Assembly (NCBI GenBank): GCA_011525685.1
Contig: WYBW01000049.1
Coordinates: 40,280-104,279 of the forward strand
Source: Verrucomicrobiia bacterium
GTDB taxonomy: Bacteria; Verrucomicrobiota; Verrucomicrobiia; Limisphaerales; JADLHS01
Length of the DNA stretch: 64,000 nucleotides
Direction of reading: 5' to 3'
Below are positions 13,768 through 21,757 of this stretch, one piece after another. A program made the translations under genes and the position numbers. Below the pieces are notes generated by a model, which saw only the letters and a list, made by a program, of their open reading frames with translations, was not told the DNA's origin and searched no databases. Each line of letters begins with the position of its first letter. The stretch's first letter is position 1.

Positions 13768-16254
13768 ATGAACCCCACCAAGATGAAGCCCAAACCGATA
13801 AAGAAAGAAGCCCTCCTCGCCCGCTACAACTGCGGGCCGGTGAAATTATCCGGCGACGGCAATGCCTTTTACGAGCGGCATCTGACCTTCGATCAAGTGC
13901 TGCGCGACACGGAAGCCACGGCGCGCGACAAGTATGAAGCCATCGCCCGTTCCGTGCGCGACGTGCTGTCGCAACGCTGGCTGAAGACCGAGCAAACCTA
14001 CCAGCAACGCAACGCCAAGCGAGTCTATTATCTCTCGATGGAGTTTCTGCTGGGGCGCTCGCTGGCGAACAACATCACCAACCTCCAGATTGATCCCGAA
14101 GTCGAACACTTCGCAAAACATCACCAACTCGATCCGCTCCAGATCATCGAACAGGAACCGGACGCCGGGCTGGGCAACGGCGGCCTCGGCCGGCTCGCCG
14201 CGTGTTTCCTCGATTCCATGGCCACGCTGAACATTCCCGGCATGGGTTACGGCTTGCGCTACGACTACGGCATCTTCCGGCAAAGCCTGCGCAATGGCTG
14301 GCAGGCCGAGCAACCCGACCACTGGCTCGCCCGGCCCGATCCGTGGGAAGTCGCCCGGCCCAACGAAGCCGTCGAGGTAAAGCTCAACGTGTCGTTCGAG
14401 ATTCGCGGCGGCGCGTTGCGGGTCGTCGAAGGCCGCCCGTCGTCGCTCATCGGCGTTCCGTATGACCGGCCCGTGGTCGGCTACGGCGGCAAGACCATCA
14501 ACACGCTGCGCCTCTGGGCCGTGAAGGCGGCGAATGACTTCGACTTCGCCCAGTTCAGCAGCGGCGATTTCGTCGGCGCGCTGGCCGAAACGCTCACCGC
14601 CGAAACTATCACGCGCGTGCTCTACCCGGACGATTCGACCGCCGAAGGCAAAGGGCTCCGCTTCCTGCAGGAATACTTCCTCGTCGCCTGCTCGCTCGCG
14701 GACCTTGTCCGCCGTTTTCGCGCCGCCGGCAACGATTGGTCCGCGCTGCCCGACAAGGTCGCCCTCCAGCTCAACGACACGCACCCGACGATGGCCGTGC
14801 CGGAATTGATGCGGCTGCTCCTGGACGAGGCGAAACTCAACTGGGACGACGCCTGGCAACTCACCCAACGCACGCTGGCCTATACGAATCACACGCTGCT
14901 GCCCGAAGCACTGGAGAAATGGCCGGTGCAATGGTTTCAAGAATTGTTGCCGCGCCAGCTTGCGATCATTTACGAAATCAACCACCGTTTTCTCAACGAC
15001 GTTCGCGCGAAGTTTCCCGGCGACGAAGCCCGCATTGCGCGGGTCAGCCTGATCGAGGAAGGCGCGCACCGGCAGGTGCGCATGGCGCACCTGGCTATCG
15101 TCGGCTCGCACAGCACCAACGGCGTGGCCGCGTTGCACTCGGAACTGCTCAAACAACGCGTCGTGCCGGATTTCGCAGCCGTGTTCCCCGAACGTTTCAA
15201 CAACAAGACCAACGGCGTCACCCCCCGCCGCTGGCTGCTGCTGGCCAATCCGCCGCTGGCCTCCGTCATCACCGAGGCCATCGGCGACGGCTGGATCACT
15301 GACCTGGCGCAGTTGGAGAAACTGAAGCCGCTCGCCAACGACAGCGCGTTCATCGCGGCGGTAGGCCAGGCGCAACGCGATACGAAGGCCCGGTTCGTCC
15401 AGTGGCTCGGCCGGCCCGGGATTGATCCCGAAAGTATTTTCGACACGCAAATCAAACGCATCCACGAATACAAACGGCAACTGCTGAACGCGCTCCACAT
15501 TGTCGTGCTTTACCATCGGCTGCGCGAGAATCCGAAGCTCGCCGTTCCGCCGCGCACGTTCTTCTTCGCCGGCAAAGCCGCGCCCGCCTACCACTTCGCC
15601 AAGCTGGTCATCAAGTTCATCAACAACGTCGCGGCCACGCTTGACAGTGATCCCGCCACCAAGGGCCGGCTCAAGGTTGTTTTCGTGCCGGACTACCGCG
15701 TGTCCGTGGCGGAATGCCTGATTCCCGCCAGCGACGTGTCCGAGCAAATCTCGACCGCCGGCTACGAAGCCAGTGGCACGAGCAACATGAAGTTCATGAT
15801 GAACGGCGCGCTCACCATCGGCACGCGCGACGGCGCCACCATCGAAATGGCCGAAGCCGCCGGCGAGGAAAACGTCTTTCTGTTCGGCCTGAATGCGGAA
15901 CAGGTCGAGGCCAGTCGCGGCTGGTATGATCCGCGTTGGCACTACGAGAACGAGCCGGAAACGCGCGCCGCGCTCGACTTGATTGCCAACAATCATTTCA
16001 GCCAAAACGAATCCGGCATCTTCTCGCCCATCCTCGATGCGCTGCTCCGGGATGGCGACCACTACCGGCATCTGGCCGATTTCACCAGTTACGCCCAGGC
16101 CCAGCAACGGATCGGGGAACTGTATGCCGACCCACCGGCCTGGACCCGCAAGGTGATCCTGAACATTGCCGCCTCCGGCCGGTTCTCCAGCGACCGCACG
16201 ATTTCTCAGTATGCCAAAGAGATTTGGAACGCTGAACCTTGTCCGATCGAATAA
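13768..16254 (+). CDS. glgP: Glycogen/maltodextrin phosphorylase
   Basis: 828 aa with hallmark GT35 segments (EPDAGLGNGGLGRLAACFLDS, TNHTLLPEALE, the PLP-site region EISTAGYEASGTSNMKFMMNG). Confidence 0.95.
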   Translation: MNPTKMKPKPIKKEALLARYNCGPVKLSGDGNAFYERHLTFDQVLRDTEATARDKYEAIARSVRDVLSQRWLKTEQTYQQRNAKRVYYLSMEFLLGRSLANNITNLQIDPEVEHFAKHHQLDPLQIIEQEPDAGLGNGGLGRLAACFLDSMATLNIPGMGYGLRYDYGIFRQSLRNGWQAEQPDHWLARPDPWEVARPNEAVEVKLNVSFEIRGGALRVVEGRPSSLIGVPYDRPVVGYGGKTINTLRLWAVKAANDFDFAQFSSGDFVGALAETLTAETITRVLYPDDSTAEGKGLRFLQEYFLVACSLADLVRRFRAAGNDWSALPDKVALQLNDTHPTMAVPELMRLLLDEAKLNWDDAWQLTQRTLAYTNHTLLPEALEKWPVQWFQELLPRQLAIIYEINHRFLNDVRAKFPGDEARIARVSLIEEGAHRQVRMAHLAIVGSHSTNGVAALHSELLKQRVVPDFAAVFPERFNNKTNGVTPRRWLLLANPPLASVITEAIGDGWITDLAQLEKLKPLANDSAFIAAVGQAQRDTKARFVQWLGRPGIDPESIFDTQIKRIHEYKRQLLNALHIVVLYHRLRENPKLAVPPRTFFFAGKAAPAYHFAKLVIKFINNVAATLDSDPATKGRLKVVFVPDYRVSVAECLIPASDVSEQISTAGYEASGTSNMKFMMNGALTIGTRDGATIEMAEAAGEENVFLFGLNAEQVEASRGWYDPRWHYENEPETRAALDLIANNHFSQNESGIFSPILDALLRDGDHYRHLADFTSYAQAQQRIGELYADPPAWTRKVILNIAASGRFSSDRTISQYAKEIWNAEPCPIE

Positions 16255-16270
16255 GAAAGCCAGCACCACC

Positions 16271-18415
16271 ATGTTCGCTGAAGGCCAGCCAGTGCCAGTG
16301 GGAGCAACGTGGACTGGGGACGGGTGGAACTTCGCCTTGTATTCCCGGCACGCGACCGGTGTGACGTTGCTGTTGTACGACGAGAAGAATTTCGTAAAGC
16401 CCGTGGCCGTGCTCAAGCTCGAGCCGCTGCAGAACAGAACCGGACGCATCTGGCATTGCTTCGTTTCGCAATCCACCGCGCCGGGCGCGCGATACTACGC
16501 TTACCGGGTCGAAGGCCCAGCCGGGGTGTTGCACCGGTTCGATGCCCAGAAGGTGTTGCTCGATCCCTTTGCCGAGCAGGTGTTCTTTCCGCCGGATTTT
16601 TCGCGTGCCGCCGCGATGCAGCCGGGCGCGAACGATGGACGTGCGCCGCTCGGTGTGTTGCCCATGAACCCGGAGTCCGAAACGCGAATTCCCGAAACCC
16701 GAAAGAAGCCCGAAATCCGAGCACCGAACCCAACTTCATCTGGCGGTTTGGAAACCTGTTCCCCGGACAGTACTCATAACCCGCCAGTTCGGCATTCGGG
16801 GTACGGATTTCTTTCGGATTTCGGTCCTCGAACTTCGGATTTCAGGTGGAAGCCGGCGGCCACCGGTGAGTTCACCCGGCTACGCCGTCCCTGGCACGAG
16901 ATCGTCGTCTATGAACTGCACGTCAAAGGCTTCACGGCCCGCGCGAACTCCGGCGTGACTCCCGAAAAACGCGGAACGTTCCTGGGCTTGATCGAAAAGA
17001 TTCCGTATCTCAAAGAACTCGGCGTGACGGTCGTCGAGTTGTTGCCGGTGCATCAGTTCGATCCGCAGGAGGGCAATTACTGGGGCTACATGACATTGAG
17101 CTTCTTTGCGCCGCATCAAGGTTACGCAGTGCAGGATGCGGCGGCGGATTTTCGCGAGATGGTGGAGGCGTTTCACGCGGCCGGGATCGAGGTGTGGCTC
17201 GACGTGGTTTACAACCACACGTGCGAAGCCGACCGGGCCGGGCCGACTTATTCGTGGCGCGGGATTGACAACAGCACTTACTACCTGCTCGAACCCGACG
17301 GGCGATACCGCAACGACAGCGGCTGCGGGAACGTGCTGCGTTGCGGGCGCGAGGCCGCGCGCCTGCTGGTCCTGGAGAGCCTGCGGCATTGGGCTGATAT
17401 CGGCGTTGACGGGTTTCGTTTTGACCTGGCCTCCGCTTTGGCGCGCGATGCGCACGGCCAGGTGCTGACGGACGAGGCTCCGATGATCAGCGAGATTACG
17501 GCGCTGGCCATGGCGGGAAAATTCCGGGCCGTGGCCGAGGCGTGGGACATCGGGACGAGTCTGTTGGGCCGGAGTTATCCGGGCTGGCTGTGGGGACAGT
17601 GGAACGGCCAATACCGCGACGACGTGCGCGCCTTTGTTCGCGGCGATCCCGGCAAGGTCGGCGCGCTGATGCGGCGGTTGTACGGCAGTGATGATCTCTT
17701 TCCTGAAGGCCCAGGCGATGTTTACCGGCCGTATCAGAGCGTCAACTTCATCACCGCGCACGACGGCTTTTGTCTCTACGATCTGGTCGCCTACAACCAC
17801 AAGCACAACGAAGCCAACGGCCATAACAACACCGACGGCTGCGACAATAACCTGAGCTGGAACTGCGGTTGGGAAGGCGACGCGGGCGCGCCGGCGGAGG
17901 TGATCACGTTGCGCCGGCAACAAGTGAAGAACTTTTTCTGCCTGCTGATGCTGTCGAACGGCACGCCGATGTTCTGCGCGGGCGACGAGTTTCTGAACAC
18001 GCAAGGCGGCAACAATAACCCGTACAATCAAGACAACGAAACCACGTGGCTGGACTGGTCGTTGCTCGAAAAGAACCGCGACATCTTTCAGTTTTTCCAG
18101 CGGATGATCGCGTTCCGCAAAGCGCACCCGGCCATTGCCAGCGGCCGGTATTGGCGCGAGGCGGTGCGGTGGTACGGAGCAACCGGCCCGGTGGATTTTG
18201 ATTCGCGCTGTCTGGCGTATTGTTTGCACGGCGCGAGCGACCTCTACGTCATGATCAACGCCTTCTGGGAGCCGGTGCGATTCCAAATTCAGCAGCCCGG
18301 CGCTTGGAACTGTTTCGTGGACACCAGCAGCCAGGATTTGGAAACGCGGGCCGTAGCTGGTTTGAATTATGAGGTTGCACCACGATCCGTCGTGGTGCTG
18401 GAGCGCGCAGCATGA
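16271..18415 (+). CDS. glgX: Glycogen debranching enzyme (GlgX/isoamylase-type GH13) with an in-frame repeat insertion
   Basis: N-terminal CBM48-like GATWTGDGWNFALYS. GH13 motifs DVVYNHT, GFRFDLA, EAWD and FITAHDGF. Confidence 0.9.
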   Translation: MFAEGQPVPVGATWTGDGWNFALYSRHATGVTLLLYDEKNFVKPVAVLKLEPLQNRTGRIWHCFVSQSTAPGARYYAYRVEGPAGVLHRFDAQKVLLDPFAEQVFFPPDFSRAAAMQPGANDGRAPLGVLPMNPESETRIPETRKKPEIRAPNPTSSGGLETCSPDSTHNPPVRHSGYGFLSDFGPRTSDFRWKPAATGEFTRLRRPWHEIVVYELHVKGFTARANSGVTPEKRGTFLGLIEKIPYLKELGVTVVELLPVHQFDPQEGNYWGYMTLSFFAPHQGYAVQDAAADFREMVEAFHAAGIEVWLDVVYNHTCEADRAGPTYSWRGIDNSTYYLLEPDGRYRNDSGCGNVLRCGREAARLLVLESLRHWADIGVDGFRFDLASALARDAHGQVLTDEAPMISEITALAMAGKFRAVAEAWDIGTSLLGRSYPGWLWGQWNGQYRDDVRAFVRGDPGKVGALMRRLYGSDDLFPEGPGDVYRPYQSVNFITAHDGFCLYDLVAYNHKHNEANGHNNTDGCDNNLSWNCGWEGDAGAPAEVITLRRQQVKNFFCLLMLSNGTPMFCAGDEFLNTQGGNNNPYNQDNETTWLDWSLLEKNRDIFQFFQRMIAFRKAHPAIASGRYWREAVRWYGATGPVDFDSRCLAYCLHGASDLYVMINAFWEPVRFQIQQPGAWNCFVDTSSQDLETRAVAGLNYEVAPRSVVVLERAA
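16686..16846. repeat. Palindromic repeat element, family C (CCGAAATCCG / CGGATTTCGG arms)
   Basis: CCCGAAACCCGAAAGAAGCCCGAAATCCGAGCACCGAAC versus GTTCGGCATTCGGGGTACGGATTTCTTTCGGATTTCGG. It is translated inside glgX as ETRKKPEIRAPNP..GYGFLSDFGPRTSDFR. Boundaries are approximate. Confidence 0.65.
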
Positions 18416-18480
18416 GTGCCCGCGCTTCCAAACGTTTGGTGGCCCGTTGTTCTTCCCACCTTGAACCACAATCCACTCCC

Positions 18481-19701
18481 ATGAAAACAAAACTGACCTT
18501 CAAGCTGTGCGCGTGTGCCGCAGTGGCAACCGTGACCTCAACCGGCTACACCCAAATTGACCCTGAGCCGCGCCAACTCCTCCAGTTGGGGGTCAACCAG
18601 TCCCTGCACAACGATGGTCCTCTCGGCGCGTACGCGTTCTATTATTGGAACCGGCCGGACGTGCCCGCCACCAACACGACGCTGCGCCTGGCCATCGCTC
18701 CGGTTTACGTGGACGCTGAACTGGGTTTCAAAGGGTTGCTGGGGGAGAACACAGACCTGGCTGTGGGCGTTTTCGGCGGCGGCTTCTTCAATAGTTACGA
18801 GGAAGTCCGGCAGGGGAATTACTACCGCGACGAATCCTTCGACGGTCACGGCGGCGGGGTCGCCCTCAGCCTCTACCACAATTTCAATCCCGGCGCGACC
18901 GTCCCGTTGAACGGAATCGTGCGCGCGAGCATGAATTACCACGTCTTCAACGATGGCTCAGATACGGCCGACACTTTCAGGCTCCCGGAAGACCAACCGT
19001 TCTACAACTTGCGCGCTGGCCTGCGCTGGGGCGGGAAAGAGCCTCTGCTCACCCCGCGATTGGCCGCCGAGCTTTCCGTCTGGTACGACCTCCAATCCCG
19101 GCCGGACTCCGGAGATTACGGCATCAGCAGTGATCGGGAACTCAACTCGACCTCGCATCGGCTCCTGGGTAGCGCGCTGCTGATCTACACGATGCCGCGC
19201 TCCGAACATTACGTCGCGCTCGGTCTGATGGGCGGGGCCGTGATCCATGCCGACCGGTTCAGTGCCTACCGCCTGGGGGGCGCGCTGCCGTTCACCTCGG
19301 AGTTCCCGCTCTTCATCCCGGGTTACTTCTATGAGGAAATCTCGGCGGAGGATTTCGGCCTGCTCTACGGCCTTTACGCGATCCCGCTGGGCGCGTCCAA
19401 GTCCTGGAGCGTCTTTGCCGGGGCCGCCACGGCGGTTGTTGATTACCTGGACGGCACCGAGCAGTCGGGCAACTGGAACTCGGGGGTCACAGGCGGCCTC
19501 AGTTGGAAGTCGAACAATCGCCGGCTGCAGGCGGTGGTCGCTTCCGGCTATGGCATAGATGCGATCCGTAGCGACGGACGCGGCGGTTACAGTGCGGCCT
19601 TCATGCTCCAATACAACTTCGGCAGGTTGACCTCTGCCTCGGACCGCGCTTTTGAGAATCTGCAGAACGCTCCCCGTCTGCCCTTCCGGTTTTCGCAGTA
19701 G
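18481..19701 (+). CDS. Putative outer-membrane beta-barrel protein (Omp85/surface-antigen-like barrel without POTRA)
   Basis: Signal peptide MKTKLTFKLCACAAVATVTSTG. Alternating aromatic/Gly-rich strands, a YRLGGALPF..PGYF segment resembling the Omp85 barrel, and a terminal AAFMLQYNF strand. Family assignment is tentative. Confidence 0.5.
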   Translation: MKTKLTFKLCACAAVATVTSTGYTQIDPEPRQLLQLGVNQSLHNDGPLGAYAFYYWNRPDVPATNTTLRLAIAPVYVDAELGFKGLLGENTDLAVGVFGGGFFNSYEEVRQGNYYRDESFDGHGGGVALSLYHNFNPGATVPLNGIVRASMNYHVFNDGSDTADTFRLPEDQPFYNLRAGLRWGGKEPLLTPRLAAELSVWYDLQSRPDSGDYGISSDRELNSTSHRLLGSALLIYTMPRSEHYVALGLMGGAVIHADRFSAYRLGGALPFTSEFPLFIPGYFYEEISAEDFGLLYGLYAIPLGASKSWSVFAGAATAVVDYLDGTEQSGNWNSGVTGGLSWKSNNRRLQAVVASGYGIDAIRSDGRGGYSAAFMLQYNFGRLTSASDRAFENLQNAPRLPFRFSQ

Positions 19702-19901
19702 CCTTCACATTTGACCGAATCACCATGAAGACCCTCCAACAAATCGCCAGCAAAACGGGCGGCGGTACGCTTTCTGGTTGAAGGTCACGACGGCGTGACG
19801 GTCACGATCAACCCACCGCAAATTGATTAGTTTCCGCTGTAGGATGGCAACCGCCAGGTTCAAGCGCGTTGCCGCGGGGCGGCGAAACGCAATGGAGTGG
19901 C

Positions 19902-20047
19902 GCGAATTGCGGCGTCGAAATTGTGGATGGTCAATGGTTTTGTAGTCTCTCCTGAAATCGCAAACCTAGGCCGCTCAGTAGCGAATTCTGCGCGCTCCGT
20001 TACTTGAATCAGTCCCAAGCGCAGAGAATTGGTGGGAATCGGAACTG
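19902..20047 (+). pseudogene. Decayed paralog of the TRASH zinc-ribbon gene
   Basis: Translation ANCGVEIVDGQWFCSLS*NRKPRPLSSEFCALRYLNQSQAQRIGG aligns with CAQCHATILDGQWFCRLPGNELPTLLCSSSCALRYFDRSHTQSNGW. It has an in-frame TGA and has lost two of the four Cys ligands. Confidence 0.45.
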
Positions 20048-20254
20048 AGACTCAGACGAGTGCGACGTGAACTTGCTCGACCTGTTAAGAGAGCATGGAC
20101 GTGGTTTCTTCCGTGTTGGGTGTGGAGATTCTATAACCAACTGTCCGGGGAGCAAGTGCGATTAGATGGTTACACGAGTTTCCTCATCCGACGGGATGAA
20201 GAGTTCGTCTCGGTTCACGTCTCGGAACAAGAATAGCAGAGATGGAGAAGGGGA

Positions 20255-21601
20255 TCACTTCTGCCGCAACATCCCGGGCATGCCGCCGCCCATGCGGGCC
20301 ATCATCTTCTGAAACTTGCCCATCTTCTTCATCATCTGCTGCATCTGGGCGAACTTGTTCAACATCGTGTTCAACTCGGTCACGCTTACGCCGCTGCCTT
20401 TGGCGATGCGGATGCGGCGCTTGGCGTTCAGGATTTGCGGGCTTTTGCGCTCCTTGGGCGTCATGCCGCAAATCATCGCTTCCATGTGCTTGAATTCCTT
20501 TTCCTGCTTCGACAAATCCTGTCCCTGCAACGCTTCCGAGCCGCCGGGCAGCATTTTCACGATGCTCTCCAGCGGACCGAGCTTTTTCATCTGGCGCAAC
20601 TGCTCAAGGAAATCTTCCAGCGTGAATTCGCCCTTGCGCATCTTCTCCTCAAGCCGCTTCGCGTCCTCCACGTCCACGGCTTCGGCGGCCTTCTCAACGA
20701 GGCTGACGACGTCGCCCATGCCGAGGATGCGCGTAGCCATGCGCTCGGGATGAAACGGCTCGAACTCGTCGAGTTTCTCGCCCACGCCGGCGAACTTGAT
20801 GGGCTTGCCCGTGACGGCTTTCATGCTCAGGGCCGCGCCACCGCGCGCGTCACCGTCGAGCTTCGTCAGGATCGAGCCCGTGATGCTCAACGCCTGATCG
20901 AAATGCGTGGCGACGTTGACGGCTTCCTGACCGGTGGCGGCGTCGAGCACGAGCAGGACCTCCTGCGGCTTCACGAGGTCGCGCAGCCGGACGAGTTCCT
21001 GAACGAGCGGTTCGTCAATCTGCAGGCGGCCGGCGGTGTCGAAGATGATTGTGTTGCGGTTGTTTGCTTTCGCAAAGTCGAGTGCCTCGCGGGCGATCCG
21101 CAAAACATCCTTCTCGCCGCGTTTGACGAAGGTGGGCAGGTCGAGCTGCTTGCCGAGGGTTTCGAGCTGGTCCATTGCCGCGGGACGATAAACGTCGGCA
21201 GCGACGAGCAACGGCTGCCGGCCTTGCTTCTGAATGAGCCGGGCCAGCTTGCCGGAGGAAGTGGTCTTGCCTGAACCGTGAAGCCCGACCATGAGGATGC
21301 AACTTGGGTTCGCGACAAGATTCAACGCCGCGTTGGTCGAGCCGAGCAGCTCCACAAGTTCGTCGTGGATGATTTTGACGATCTGCTGTCCGGGTTGGAT
21401 GCTCTGCACAACCTCCGCGCCAATGGACTTGGCTTTGACCCGCTCGATGAAGTCGCGGGCGACCTTGAAGTTCACGTCGGCTTCGAGCAGCGCCATGCGC
21501 ACGTCGCGCAAGGCGTCGCTGACGTTTGTCTCGGAGATCTTCCCGAGGCCGCGCAGGTTGCGAAACGTGTTCTGGAGCTTGCCGCTCAGACTGTCAAACA
21601 T
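20255..21601 (-). CDS. ffh: Signal recognition particle protein Ffh
   Basis: N domain, G domain (GLHGSGKTTSSGKLA, DTAGR, TKLDGD) and a Met-rich M domain at the C-terminus. Confidence 0.95.
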   Translation of the reverse strand: MFDSLSGKLQNTFRNLRGLGKISETNVSDALRDVRMALLEADVNFKVARDFIERVKAKSIGAEVVQSIQPGQQIVKIIHDELVELLGSTNAALNLVANPSCILMVGLHGSGKTTSSGKLARLIQKQGRQPLLVAADVYRPAAMDQLETLGKQLDLPTFVKRGEKDVLRIAREALDFAKANNRNTIIFDTAGRLQIDEPLVQELVRLRDLVKPQEVLLVLDAATGQEAVNVATHFDQALSITGSILTKLDGDARGGAALSMKAVTGKPIKFAGVGEKLDEFEPFHPERMATRILGMGDVVSLVEKAAEAVDVEDAKRLEEKMRKGEFTLEDFLEQLRQMKKLGPLESIVKMLPGGSEALQGQDLSKQEKEFKHMEAMICGMTPKERKSPQILNAKRRIRIAKGSGVSVTELNTMLNKFAQMQQMMKKMGKFQKMMARMGGGMPGMLRQK

Positions 21602-21629
21602 GGTTTCAGGCTAGAGTCCCGTGGGCGGA

Positions 21630-21650
21630 GTTCAAAGTTCAAAGTTCAAC
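21630..21650. repeat. Three tandem heptamers (GTTCAAA GTTCAAA GTTCAAC)
   Basis: Read directly in the 156-bp divergent ffh / ABC-F intergenic region. Confidence 0.5.
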
Positions 21651-21757
21651 GCGGCCGACCTTGCCCCTTGTCCCTCCGCCATTCTCTGTTAGCTTGCGCG
21701 CTCCGGTGAACCCGAGTTTTTGTCGGTGCTGACTTGTGCCCATCGGTTTGAAACGAA

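Noticed and set aside
19702-20254. A possible SRP RNA or other structured RNA next to ffh.
   Set aside because: GTCCGGGGAGCAAG at about 20140 only superficially resembles the 4.5S domain IV motif (GGUCCGGAAGGAAGCAGC). I found no matching symmetric-loop context.
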